Of a stretch of 64,000 nucleotides of DNA, positions 39,334-53,489 are shown piece after piece. This DNA is from Octopus sinensis. Lineage: Eukaryota. The DNA is taken from NCBI RefSeq assembly GCF_006345805.1, contig NC_043023.1, positions 3,844,001-3,908,000 on the forward strand. The letters run 5' to 3'. Within the stretch, counting starts at the first letter, position 1; every line of letters begins with the position of its first letter. A model generated the notes under the pieces. The model saw only the letters and a list, made by a program, of their open reading frames with translations, searched no databases and was not told the origin of the DNA. The position numbers and the translations under genes were made by a program.

Positions 39334-40486
39334 GGGATCTTTTCCTTTTGAACGGCACATGTCAACACAATTTCTAGTTAACTAAACACTTTAAAACTTC
39401 GTATACTGGTATAATGTGTCAAAATAAAACTTTTTTTTCTCTTGGCTTTCTTGAGAAAATTGTAATTTGTAAGTTTAACGTAGTTTAAGTTTTCGAATTT
39501 TAACCAATCAATGACGTCTATTGAGGCGAAAACATTCTGTGCCGTATGAATATGTCCCTCGTTTAAGAAACAGATTGGGTTTATTTACATTTGTGAAGAA
39601 AAAAAGATACCCTTCTCCCTAACCCTAAAACAGATTGAAATGCAATAGATTGATACTAGGGTCATAATTATGGGTGACAATTTCATATGACACCGCTAGA
39701 AAAAACTGCCGTTCAAACAGAAAAGATCCATAAAATGACTCTCCCCAGACACAACAGAATTAAATTGTGTTTCACACGATATGTAAATCCGGAGTTCTCT
39801 TCGTTGGATTTCATAAAGAACAATGGAGAATTATACATCTTCAAAGATTATTTATTACAATATTAGGATCTTTTCCTTTTGAACGGCACATGTCAACACA
39901 ATTTCTGGTTAACTAAACACTGTAAAACTTCGTATACTGGTAGAATGTGTCAAAATAAAACATTTTTTTCTCTTGGCTTTCTTGAGAAAATTGTAATTTG
40001 TAAGTTTAACGTAGTTTAATTTTTCGAATTTTAACCAATTGATGGCCTCTATTGAGCTAAAATCATTTGCTGCATCTAAAACTGAAACAACATCCTGTCA
40101 TTGTTATGTTTACGTACGGAAAGCGTGTGTATAAAATTATAGAATTATTTTGTTTAAATTATTTTCCATTGCTTTAGTTTTTTTTACACGCGTAACAATT
40201 AAATTAATTTAACAATTAAGAAAAAAAAATTTAGGGTTAGGTGGGGGTTAGGGTTAGTTACAGGATGTTGTCTCAGTTTTAGACGCAGCAAATGATTTTA
40301 GCTCAAAAGAGAGCATAGGATTGGTTAAAATTCGAAAAATTAAACTACGTTAAACAAACAAATTACAATTTTCTCAAGAAAGCCAAGAGAAAAAAATGTT
40401 TTATTTTGGCATATTCTACCAGTATACGAAGTTTTAAAGTGTTTAGTTAACTAGAAATTGTCTGCCGTTCAAAAGGAAAAGATCCC
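39334..40486. mobile_element. Unclassified long-TIR element with TTAGGG-like motifs
   Basis: gggatcttttccttttgaacggca ... tgccgttcaaaaggaaaagatccc; AATATT on both flanks; second left end at ~39864. Confidence 0.65.
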
Positions 40487-41524
40487 AATATTCTTCCTGA
40501 ACAGGATGACAATCCATTTACAGCTGAATTGCCTGGATCAATGTGAAAATGATGTGGTTTGCTCAAGAAAACAATGCATTGCCCAGTCCAGGAATTGAAA
40601 CCATGATCCTGTGATAGTAAAGGCAATGCCTTAACCACTAGGCCACATGCCTGCCTAGTGATATAAGTAATTAGATATTTGAGTTTACAGGATCAGAGTG
40701 GCTGTTAGGTTTAACTGTTTCAGATCTAAGGATCAGAATGGCTGTGGAGCTCAACCGTTGGCGCTTTGAGGAGTGATAAAATGTGCCAGTGGCACGTAAA
40801 AAGCACCGTTCGAGCGAGGTCATTACCAGTGTCACCTTACTGGCACTTGTGCCGGTGGAATGTGAAAAAAAAAAAACAACATTCAAGCGAGGGCAATGCC
40901 AGTGCCACTGGACTGGCTCCTGTGCAGGTGGCACATAAAAAACACCATTTGAGCGTGGCCGTTGCCAGTACCACCTGACTGGCCCTCATACTGGTGGCAC
41001 GTAAAGGCACCCTCTACACTCTCGGAGTGGTTGGCGTTAGGAAGGGCATCCAGCTGTAGAAACTCTGCCAGATCAGGATTGGAGCCTGGTTCAGCCATCT
41101 GGTTTGCCAGTCCTCAGTCAAATCATCCAACTCATGCCAGCATGAAAAGCGGACGTTAACCGATGATGACGATGGTGATATACACACACATCTATCTATC
41201 TAAAACATTACGTTATATAATTATATATACCTGTGTGAATTATTTTTGAGTATGCATTGTCTGGGAGACTTTTCTTATAGTAGAGGAAATAGCTACGATT
41301 TTTTTGGCTGCTATTTCTAAAAGTTTCAGTGTGTGGTAAAGTAAATTTTTTTTACTGAATCCTAATTATATAAAGTAATGTTTTAAATATACCGTAAATG
41401 GTCTTTTTACATACTGAACACTACTTGGTAAAATCATTAATTAATAATTAATTAATTTTACCCTTTTATTATTGATAATATCTATTTATCTCTCTCTATA
41501 TATATATATAAAAACATACACATA

Positions 41525-41912
41525 GGCGCAGGAGTGGCTGTGTGGTAAGTAGCTTGTTTACCAACCACATGGTTCTGGGATCAGTCCCACTGCGTGGCAC
41601 CTTTGGCAAGTGTCTTCTACTATAGCCTCGGGCCGACCAAAGCCTTGTGAGTGGATTTGGTAGACGGAAACTGAAAGAAGACCGTCGTATATATGTATAT
41701 ATATGCGTTTGTGTGTCTGTGTTTGTCCCCCTAGCATTGCTTGACAACCGATGCTGGTGTGTTTATGTCCCCTTTCCTTAGCGGTTCGGCAAAAGAAACC
41801 GATAGAATAAGTACTGGGCTTACAAAAGAATAAGTCCCGGGGTCGAGTTGCTCGATTAAAGGCGGTGCTCCAGCATGGCCGCAGTCAAATAACTGAAACA
41901 AGTAAAAGAGTA
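41525..41912 (+). mobile_element. tRNA-derived SINE, dominant family
   Basis: Full copy. Confidence 0.85.
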
Positions 41913-42193
41913 ACATCATCATCAACGTTTCTACAGCTTGATGCCCTTCTTAACACCAACCACCAGCTACACTCTCGGAGTGGTTGGCGTTAGGAAGGGC
42001 ATCCAGCTGTAGAAGTTCTCCCAGATCAGATTGGAGCCTGGTGCAACCATCTGGTACGCCAATCCTCACTCAAACCGTCCAACCCATGCTAGCATGGAAA
42101 GTGGACGTTAAACAACAACGATGATGATGATGAAGTACCAGTTGACCGCTGGGGTTGATATAATCGACTCATCTCTGTGGCAAAATTTGAAAC

Positions 42194-42230
<37 letters not shown>

Positions 42231-42288
42231 GTTATTATTATTGTTGTCATTATTTTCATTATTGCTGTTGTTTCCCTTTTATTTTTAA

Positions 42289-43280
<992 letters not shown>

Positions 43281-43697
43281 TTATTATTATTATTATTTAA
43301 GGCAGTGCTCCAGCGTGGACACACTCATAAATGAAAAAAATAAAAGAATCTACTTTGTCCTTAACACCTTTTTTATACTCTTTCACTCCCACTGCCCTTG
43401 CAAATCTAACATGACCCCTTCCTTTTCCTGACCCACTCATGTATTTCTCCCCTTCACTTACAACATTCATCTCTATCCCATCAAACCATTGGATAGTTAC
43501 ATGGTAGAAAAATAAAGAAGTGGGATTGAATCAGTGCATATGTTTATTTTGTTTTATTGGCATAATGACCCACCCTGGTATTGTTTTCTCAAACGTGCTT
43601 ATGGCCATCTTCACAGGTAATTTGTATTCTTTCCCCTCTCTTTGCCTCTATAATCACATGACCTGACTAAGCCTTTCTTTTGCTTTATATTTCACAG

Positions 43698-43733
43698 GAA
43701 GCCTTGGAATTTGGTAAAATGTGTGAATTTGAT
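43698..43733 (+). CDS. ADK: Adenosine kinase short coding exon
   Basis: tcacag|GAA GCC...TTT GAT|gtaagt; 36 bp; EALEFGKMCEFD; completes the NxxE motif. Confidence 0.9.
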
Positions 43734-43959
43734 GTAAGTACTTTGTATAATATATTCTGTATGTTGTCTTCATGTGTTAGTCTCTGTGTAGCATGTATGA
43801 GTTAGAAGAGATGTTAGAGTGTTGGACAAAATTAAATGGACAATGGACAAGTTTATTAACCCCTTGGGGTTCGTTGGAGTGCTGCAGCCATGCAGTGTAT
43901 CCTGGGTGAGAAGACCCAGCAGAGCCTATCCCTCTCCAGGATAGCTGAATGGATTGGAG

Positions 43960-44926
43960 CAACATGAAATGAAGTGTTTTGCTCAAGAATACAATGTATT
44001 GCCTGGTCCAGTAATTGAAACCACAATCTTACAATCATGAGTCCAACACCCTAACCACTGAGCCATGCACCTTCACATCCTGGCATTTAAGAGAGTCTGT
44101 TTCTGGAGTGCAATGAAGTATTTTGCTCAAGAACACAATGTATTACCTGGTCCAGGAATTGAAACCACAATCTTACAATCATGAGTCCAACACCCTAACC
44201 ACTAAGCCATGCACCTTCACATCCAGGCATTGAAAAGAGTCTGTTTCTGGAGTAAAATGAAGTGTTTTGCTCAAGAACACAATGTATTGCTTGGTCCAGG
44301 AATCGAAACTACAATCTTACAATCATGAGTCCAACACCCTAACCACTGAGCCATGCACCTTCACTTCCAGGCATTTAAGAGAGTCTGTTTCTGGAGTGAA
44401 ATGAAGTGTTTTGCTCAAGAACACAATGTATTGCCTGGTCCAGGAATCGAAACTACAATCTTACAATCATGAGTCCAACACCCTAACCACTGAGCCATGC
44501 ACCTTCACTTCCAGGCATTTAAGAGAGTCTGTTTCTGGAGTGAAATGAAGTGTTTTGCTCAAGAACACAATGTATTGCCTGGTCCAGGAATCGAAACCAC
44601 AATCTTACAATCATGAGTCCAACACCCTAACCACTAAGCCATGCACCTTCACATCCAGGCATCTAAGAGAGTCTGTTTCTGGAGTGAAATGAAGTGTTTT
44701 GCTCAAGAACACAATGTATTGCCTGGTCCAGGAATCGAAACCACAATCTTACAATCATGGGTCCAACACCCTAACCACTAAGCCATGCACCTTCACATCC
44801 AGGCATTTAAGAGAGTCTGTTTCTGGAGTGAAATGAAGTGTTTTGCTCAAGAACACAATGTATTGCTTGGTCCAGGAATTGAAACCTCGATCTTACAATC
44901 ATTAGTCCAACACCCTAACCACTGAC
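43960..44926 (-). repeat. 144-bp tandem array (7 copies) of a tRNA-like SINE head
   Basis: ATGAAGT at 43969, 44113, 44257, 44401, 44545, 44689 and 44833; each unit has A-box-like TGGCTYAGTGG and B-box-like GGTTTCRATTCC on the - strand. Confidence 0.92.
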
Positions 44927-45000
44927 CCACACTCCTCCACGGATAGGATGTTTTTATAAACTTACAAAATCCTTCTGTTATGGGAAACATTTGTAAACAC

Positions 45001-45430
45001 ATTCCCATCAAAACTTCTGTCAAATGTAAACATAACAGGCCGGATATTGTTGTTTGGGACAGGGGCAAAGGTATGTACCATCATAGAGGTCAGCTGCCCT
45101 GCAGATATACGTAAATATCTCTTGGAAAATCAAAGAAAAAGAGGATATCTATGGACAACTGCTTTGAAACCTCCAGCTTCTATATCCAGACTATGAATTC
45201 ATATTCATAACAATAATAATTGGAGCACTGGGTTTTGTTGGTAAATGCTTAAAGGAGAATATGGATGAACTGGGATTTTCAGAAAGAGAAACTGACCGGC
45301 TAAGTCGTATGAGTCCAATCTGTGAGTGGAACAGTAAAAATATGCAAGACTTTTCTCAAGTTCCAAATGTGAATTTGTCTGTGTTAACTAGATCTCAAAG
45401 ATGGAGCCTTGTATCTTTGTTGGAAACTGG
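45001..45430 (+). mobile_element. 3' fragment of an RLE-type non-LTR retrotransposon (R4/Dong-like), frameshifted
   Basis: IPIKTSVKCKHNRPDIVVWD / CTIIEVSCPAD / KIKEKEDIY / IIIGALG / VSGTVKICKTFLKFQM*. Confidence 0.7.
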
Positions 45431-46095
45431 CTCCCTCTTCAGTGGAAGATTTATAATAATTAAAAAACAGAATTGGCATACATACATACATACACACACA
45501 CATATACATACATATATAAACAAACACACAGGCATATATATATATATATATATATACTGTTCGTGTCCCAACTTTTTTTTTTGGTGCCTGCTTGTCTATC
45601 ATGTCCACTCATTTATACCCTGGCGGCTTCCATTACTGGCTCTGCCAAGTTGAACAATATTGTCAAAGAGTGCCGAAATTGTGATGATATTTGGTTGTCA
45701 GTTGATGGGGAACTGAATGTCTCCACTTCCATTGTGTGTGATGTTCTTGTTATTCTGTTTTCTGGTGAATCCATTTGTCATCCCTTTGTCCCTCTGTGTC
45801 ACTATTTTCATCACACACACACACACACACCATCATCATCATTATCGTTTAATGTCCGTTTTTCCATGCTAGCATGGGTTGGATGATTCAACCGGGGTCT
45901 GGGAAGCCAGGAGGCTGCACCAGGCCCCAGTCTGATCTGGCAGTGTTTCTACAACTGGATGCCCTTCCTAACGCCAACCACTCCGTGAGTGTAGTGGGTG
46001 CTTTTTATGTGCCACCAGCACAGGTGCCAGGGGAGGTTGGCAGCGCCCATGATCGGTTGGTGCTTTTTACATGTGCCACTGGCACATATATCTCT

Positions 46096-46494
46096 TTACT
46101 CTCTTTTACTTGTTTCAGTCATTTGACTGTGGCCATGCTGGAGCACCACCTTTAATCGAGCAACTCGATCCCGGGACTTATTATTTTGTAAGCCCAGTAC
46201 TTATACTATCGGTCTCTTTTGCCGAACCGCTAAGTAACAGGGACATAAACACACCAGCATCGGTTGTCAAGCAATGTTGGGGGGACAAACACAGACACAC
46301 ACACACACATACATATTTATATATACATATATACGACAGGCTTCTTTCAGTTTCCGTCTACCAAATCCACTCACAAGGCATTGGTCGGCCTGGGGCTATA
46401 GCAGAAGACACTTGCCCAAGATGCCAAGCAGTGGGACTGAACCCGGAACCATGTGGTTGGTTAGCAAGCTACTTACCACACAGCCACTCCTGCA
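46096..46494 (-). mobile_element. tRNA-derived SINE, dominant family
   Basis: Full copy. Confidence 0.85.
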
Positions 46495-47473
46495 CATATA
46501 TAGATAGAAACTTACTTGGAAAAGGATGCATGGTGTTTGATCATATATCCATGCATATCTGGGTACAGGATATCAAAAAACGTTGAACACAATGAGAAAT
46601 GAAAACAAAAACATAGGAACGAACTTTTTTTTGAACAACGTAAAAACAAACAAACAGTGAAACGAGACATGCAACATGAAGAATATTCCCCTTCTTCAGT
46701 TGTCCCTGTTTCATCTACTCTGCATTTCGAAGGTAAGGACAAGATGCGACTTTGTTGAAACAGTCCTTCCCGCAAAGCAAATTAAACAAAATTTGGGATT
46801 TTTTGCGGAGGGTGAAAGTGGTAACAAGAACAGGACAGTGAGGGCTGTTGAGCCACAACGATGTGAAGATTATGAACACTAGAATGATGAACTTTGAGTA
46901 GAGACAGGTAAAAGCACATCTTGTCTTTATGAAGGAAGTGGAAGAAAAAAAGATAGATTGCCTTAGCAACGAGAGAGTCAAAGAGGAAGAGTGAGAGAGA
47001 GAGGGAACAGTGAAGGGGGAGAGGAGGAGACTAAAACCACACTATCCGACTCGTGGCCGATGCCAGCACGTAAAAAGCACTATCCGACTCATGGCCGATG
47101 CCAGCACGTAAAAAGCACTATCCGACTCGTGGCCGATGCCAGCACGTAAAAAGCACTATCCGACTCGTGGCCGATGCCAGCACCGCCTCGACTGGCTTCC
47201 GTGCCGGTGGCACATAAAATACACCAATCCGACCGTGGCCGTTGCCAGCCTCGCCTGGCACCTGTGCAGGTGGCACGTAAAAAGCACCCACTACACTCAC
47301 GGAGTGGTTGGCGTTAGTAAGTGCATCCAGCTGTAGAAACATTGCCAGATAAGACTGGAGCCTGGTGCAGCCTTCTGGCTTCCCAGATCCCCGGTCGAAC
47401 CGTCCAACCCATGCTAGCATGGAGAACGGACGTTAAACGATGATGATGATGATATATATATAACAATTGCAGT

Positions 47474-47733
47474 GTGGAAGGTGTTTATAAGCCATTTAAG
47501 AAACACAAAAACCGTTAGATTCACTTCAACATTTAAATTTAATTTATCAAAATATTTTCGTCGCTATGAGACCGCAACCTGTTCACTGATAAAACTTTGT
47601 GCTGTATCAAGTTTTGTCAGTGAACAGGTTGCGGTCTTAAAGCGATGAAAATATTTTGACAAATTAAACTTAAATGTTGAAGTGAATCGACCGGTTTTGT
47701 GTGTTTCTTAAATGGCTTATAAGCACCTTCCAG
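47474..47733. repeat. ~260-bp imperfect palindrome
   Basis: ~125-bp arms around gtgctgtatc. Confidence 0.8.
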
Positions 47734-47772
47734 TACACGATCTCAGATCAAGTCACTCGCTATGCAAGTACA

Positions 47773-47839
<67 letters not shown>

Positions 47840-47918
47840 TTAGAGACAAAACCACTATTTTGCAATCAAACAAGGAAAGACTTAATCAATACATAAAAAA
47901 TGTTAATATAAAGTAAAT

Positions 47919-47972
47919 AAATCGCCACTACAATTGTTTCATGTCTTCAAATGACATTCGTCAGGTGGATTT
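47919..47972 (-). ncRNA. Minimal type I hammerhead ribozyme (mirror arm)
   Basis: Exact reverse complement of 48038-48091. Confidence 0.78.
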
Positions 47973-48037
47973 CCGATCTTCTAGTCAGTTTTAATTTCAT
48001 AAATTAATTTCATAATTAAAACTGACTAGAAGATCGG

Positions 48038-48091
48038 AAATCCACCTGACGAATGTCATTTGAAGACATGAAACAATTGTAGTGGCGATTT
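48038..48091 (+). ncRNA. Minimal type I hammerhead ribozyme
   Basis: AAAU-CCAC / GUGG-CG-AUUU; CUGACGA; AUGUC/GACAU; GAAAC AAUU GUA (palindromic helix III). Confidence 0.78.
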
Positions 48092-48419
48092 ATTTACTTT
48101 ATATTAAAATTTTTTATGTATTGATTAAGTATTTCCTTGTTTGATTTGCAAAATAGTGGTTTGTGTCTCGAATTAATATTATATAATATTTTACTATAAA
48201 ATTGGATTTAATCCTAAATCTGATTTTTTCCCTGTAAATTTGGATTTATTCCCTAATATTTATTATTATATATATATATTATATAGGACATTAATTATTC
48301 TTTAACAAGAATCATATTGATAGGGATTTCAGCCTTTCGGCTTGCTTAGTCTTAATCTAATGAAAGTCTAGCAAGCCGAATCTTCCAAATCACAGTCAAT
48401 AGTTTTCTCGTAATAAGTA

Positions 48420-49338
48420 ATAATTGGTGCATAATTATTGGGTTTTTTTCAACAAATTTTATTCCAATCAAAATAGATGAACATCAATGGAATTTGTATC
48501 TTTGTGGTACCAGTGCCGGTGGCACACAAGAAAACCATCCGAACGTGGCCGTAGCCAGTACCGCATCGACTGGCCTCCGTGCTGTGGGCACGTAACAAAC
48601 ACCATCCGATCGTGGCCGTTTGCCAGCCTCATCTGGCACCTGTGTCGGTGGCACATAAAAACACCATCCGAGCGTGGCTGTCTGCCAGCCTCGTCTGGCA
48701 CCTGTGTCGGTGGCACATAAAAAACACCATCCAAGCGTGGCCGTTTGCTAGCCTCGTCTGGCACCTGTGTCGGTGGCACATAAAAAACACCATCCGAGCG
48801 TGGCTGTTTGCCAGCCTCATCTGGCACCTATGTCGGTGGCACATAAAAACACCATCCGAGCGTGGCTGTCTGCCAGCCTCGTCTGGCACCTGTGTCGGTG
48901 GCACATAAAAAACACCATCCAAGCGTGGCCGTTTGCCAGCCTCGTCTGGCACCTGTGTCGGTGGCACATAAAAAGCACCCACTACGCTCACGGAGTGGTT
49001 GGCGTTAGGAAGGGCATCCAGCTGTAGAAACACTGCCAGATCTGACTGGACTGGTGCAGCCTTCGGGCTCCCCAGACCCCAGTTGAACCGTCCAATCCAT
49101 GCTAGCGCGGAAAACGGACGTTAAACGATGATGATGATGAAAAGCAATAATAATATTTAACAAAAGCATCTTTAAATGACAGTCTGCCGTCTGACTAGCA
49201 AATGGGAAGCAGTAATTGAAGTAGATGGTGAATATGCTCCGGAATAATCATTTAATGATGTCTTTGCTACATGTTATTGTTTTTGTTGGATAAAATTTGT
49301 TGAAAAAAAGCTGCATTAATTATGCACCATCCCAATAT
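48420..49338 (+). mobile_element. Internally deleted mariner split by a SINE
   Basis: Inverted ends ggtgcataatta...caacaaattttat / ataaaatttgttg...taattatgcacc; 49203-49247 encodes WEAVIEVDGEYAPE*. Confidence 0.62.
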
Positions 49339-49482
49339 ATATACATACACACACATATATACATATATATATGTCCCCTGTTTTATCTACTTCGCATTTC
49401 GAAGGTAAGGATAAGACGCTGGCCACTTGTTAAGATCTTTATTTAATTTAAATTAACGATCTTATCCTTATTTTTATATATT

Positions 49483-49520
<38 letters not shown>

Positions 49521-49623
49521 GGAGAGTTTATGGAAAAAAGCAAAAGATGAAGACAGGTGGTGTACAAACAAACAGATGTATTAGTATATTGCTCAGGAAT
49601 TGAAAAAGTCTTTACGTTTCGAG

Positions 49624-49675
<52 letters not shown>

Positions 49676-50083
49676 CATAATACGTACACATACATGCACA
49701 TACATATGTGTATGCAACACAGATATATGTAAGTAAACACACATATACACATCTATGTCTATACATACTTATGCATGCTTGCACACAAATAAATAACTGT
49801 CTATAAATAAATGTCTTCACCATTTATTTGTCATGAAGCAAGCAAATAAGAACATTTTTTGTCCTTTCGTAAATAGAGCATTCACCAAATGGATTTGAAT
49901 GAATCTTTGGTCTATTTTCTTGCGCCTTTCAATCGTGTCACTTCAGCTGATGAATGCTCTAGTTAGCACAAAACTTAAATTCAATAGTAAATATTTCTGA
50001 GCACTATATATTTAAGATACTTTTCTATATGCAGTTTAGTGCGCTTGCACTAAAGTTTATGCTATAATATACATACGTACATA

Positions 50084-50461
50084 CACTACCGTCAGAAATT
50101 AATTAGAACCCTTGATTTGCTCTTCACTCAAGGTATGTGCTGTCACCTAGTGGCCATATCTCGAACTATTGCTTTGTTGCGAGTTCACTGTTGCGCAGAA
50201 CGATGACGTAACTTTGTTTGCAGAGCAGTTTGAGAGTCTACAGCCTTATGATGTTGACATAGCAGTGCAACAACTTGGAGTGCGGATGCAGACAAATCTT
50301 CCTTTGTTTAATAGATATAGGTAGCGCCTCGCAAGGACCGAAATCACACCATACTAAGTTTTCTCATCGCGTAAGACGTTTTGAACAGCTCATAAGGTTA
50401 ATTGATTTAACCTATTTAATGTAGAAATTTGAGAAGTGCTAATTAATTTCTGACGCAAGTG
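50084..50461. mobile_element. TA-flanked MITE (Tc1/mariner-type)
   Basis: TA|cactaccgtcagaaattaattag ... ctaattaatttctgacgcaagtg|TA. Confidence 0.7.
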
Positions 50462-51343
50462 TACATTACATGTGGAGGTGCAATGGCTCAGTGGTTAGGG
50501 CAGCGGACTCGTGGTTGTCGGATCACTGTTTCGATTCCCAGACCGGGCACTGTGAGTGTTTATTGAGCGAAAACACCTAAAGCACCACGGTGCTCTGGCA
50601 GGGAGTGGTGGCGATCCCTGCTGTACTCTTTCGCCACAGTTTTCTCCCACTCTTTCTTCTGTTGGCCTGCCTGCTTAGCCAGGGGGTGGCGTCATTTGAA
50701 GGCTAAAACAATGCGAAGCGCATTGTGACCAGCGATGTGTAACAACATCTAATAGCCTGGTCGGTCACGGTGACATACATACATACATATATACGTATGT
50801 ACATACATACGTGCAGAGGTGCAATGGCCTAGTGGTTAGGGCAGTGGACTCGCGGTCGGAGGATCGCGGTTTCGATTCCCAGACTAAGCGTTGTGAGTGT
50901 TTATTGAGCGAAAACACCTAAAAGCTCCACGAGGCTCCGGCAAGGGGTGGTGGCGCCACAGTTTTCTCCCACTCTTTCTTCTGTTGGCCTACTTGCTTAG
51001 CCAGTGGGGTGGCATCATTCGAAGGCTAAGACAATGCAAAGCGCATTGTGACCAGCGATGTGTAACAACAAGTGATAGCCTGGTCAGTCACGGTGACATA
51101 CATACATACATACATACATATAGACACCCGTGTGTGTATGTATGTATATATTCGTGTATGTGCGTATATCTCTCTATCTGCCTATATATCTATTAAAAGA
51201 GAGAGAGAGAATGAGAGACAGAGAGGTGCGCTTGCACAAAAGTTGAGCGCATGCACACATCTGTAAATGCAGGTTTGGCTGTGAGGTTCAGAAGCAAGCA
51301 TCCCAACCATTTGTTTCAGGTTCAGTCCACAGATCTAGCTATC

Positions 51344-51842
51344 TTCCTTCATTCCTTCCTCTCTTCCTTTTTTCCTTCATTCCTTTCCTTCCTTCCTTTC
51401 TTTCTTCCTCTCTTCCTTTTTTCCTTCATTCCTTTCCTTCCTTCCTTCCTTCCCTCCTTCCTTCCTTTCTTCCTTCCTCTCATCCTTCATTCCTTCCTTT
51501 CTTTCTTTCTTTCCTTCCTTTCCTTCCTTCCTTCCGTCTTTCCTTCCTTCCTTCCGTCTTTCCTTCCTTCCTTCCTTCATTCCTTTCCTTCCTTCCTTTC
51601 TTTTTTCCTTTTTTCCTTCCTTCCTTTCTTCCTTCCTTCCTTCCTTCCTTCCTTCCCTCCTTCCTTCCTTTCTTCCTTCCTCTCATCCTTCATTCCTTCC
51701 TTTCTTTCTTTCTTTCCTTCCTTTCCTTCCTTCCTTCCGTCTTTCCTTCCTTCCTTCCTTCATTCCTTTCCTTCCTTCCTTTCTTTTTTCCTTTTTTCCT
51801 TCCTTCCTTTCTTCCTCCTTCCTTCTCCTTCCTTCCTTCCTA
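51344..51842. repeat. (TTCC)n-type polypyrimidine microsatellite
   Basis: Direct reading. Confidence 0.95.
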
Positions 51843-52433
51843 TTCATGGCTCCCTCACAAAAAATAAGTATAGGTTACAAGCTGCCTAGCAATGCACCCC
51901 GGCATTGCCCGGGTGTTATGACTTACAGCCACATTGCATCATTTCTTTCTTTCTTATGGGCAGAATTGGCACACGAGGAGTCTAAAGCAAACAACTCTTC
52001 TTTATAAACATGTTTTTCAGTCATTTTCCATCTACCAAATTCAGTCACAAGTCTGCAGTTGGCCTAGGGCTACAGTAGAAAACACTTGTCCAAGCAAGTA
52101 TTTGATGAACAAGTCTTGGGTACTTTTCAGCCAGCACATTGTAGACTCGATCAAGTTGGTTGCAGTAAAGTTCAGCGTTGATGGTGCGACCATCTTTTTC
52201 CTCAACCTAATCTCTCTCTATATATATATTTCAATAATGAGGGAGATAAATTGAATATTAATTTAATTAATATCAATTTAAAACCAGTAGCCTAGCATAC
52301 AAAAATCAGAGAAAATTCCAATACATGTGTATATTTAGGGCTAAAAACCACTATAGTTTTGATCGTTTGTGATCTACTTCTAGCATATGGCTGTCCACAT
52401 AGTGGTTTTTAGCCCTAAATATACACATGTATG

Positions 52434-52470
<37 letters not shown>

Positions 52471-52955
52471 CAGTGGAATGTAAAAAGCACATCCAAGCGT
52501 GATCGTTGCCTGGGCCACGGATTGGCTCCCGTACCCGTGACACGTGAAAAGTACCATTCGAGCATGATCATTGCCAGCGTCGCCTTACTGGCACGTACGA
52601 AAACACCTAAAGCTCCACGAGGCTCTGGCAGGAGATGGTGGTGATCCCTGCTGTACTCTTTCACCACAACTTTCTCTCACTCTTACTTCCTGTTTCTGTT
52701 GTACCTGTATTTCAAAGGGCCGGCCTTGTCACTCTCTGTGTCACGCTGAATCTCCTCGAGAACTACGTTAAGGGTACACGTGTCTGTGGAGTGCTCAGCC
52801 ATTTACACGTTAATTTCACGAGCGGGCTGTTCCGTTGATTCGGATCAACCGGAACCCTCGTCGTCGTAACCGACGGTGTGCTTCCATAAATATGTATGTA
52901 TGTATAATGTGTGTGTATGTGTATATAAAATCTGAAATATTTGTACAATTTTCAG

Positions 52956-53070
52956 ACTGAAGACGTTGAAGAAATTGCCTGCAAAGCCTCACTTTTACCC
53001 AAAGAGAATGCTGCCCGTCCAAGAATTGTGATCTTCACACGAGGTGCTAACTCAACAGTTGTTGCCAAAG
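52956..53070 (+). CDS. ADK: Adenosine kinase coding exon
   Basis: tttcag|ACT GAA...AAA G|gtaagg; 115 bp; TEDVEEIACKASLLPKENAARPRIVIFTRGANSTVVAK(E). Confidence 0.95.
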
Positions 53071-53191
53071 GTAAGGTTTGAATCCTGTGCCCTGGACATT
53101 CATTTCAAAATTTGTATTGTTTAGCCCTTGGTCAGTCTTGATCCATCACACCTATTGTCCAGCTGGGATCATCTCATCTTTTACTCAGGTA

Positions 53192-53448
53192 TTACTCTTT
53201 ACTCTCTTTTACTTGTTTCAGTCATTTGACTGCGGCCATGCTGGAGCACCGCCTTTAGTCGAGCAAATCGACCCCAGGACTTATTCTTTGTAAGCCTAGT
53301 ACTTATTCTATCGGTCTCTTTTGCCAAACCGCTAAGTGACGGGGACGTAAACACACCAGCATCGGTTGTCAAGCAATGCTAGAGGGACAAACACAGACAC
53401 GCAAACCTATACACACACACACACACATACATATATGTATATACACAC

Positions 53449-53489
<41 letters not shown>

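Larger units (their letters stand above)
47831..48268. mobile_element. Foldback HHR element, copy 2
   Basis: Same family as 21766-22250; (TA)n on both sides. Confidence 0.75.

Noticed and set aside
40231-40257. Telomere or interstitial telomeric array
   Set aside because: Only a few degenerate TTAGGG units, inside a TIR element.
43960-44926. Genuine tRNA gene cluster
   Set aside because: A/B-box-like motifs are present, but I could not form acceptor and anticodon stems and the heads continue into SINE body.
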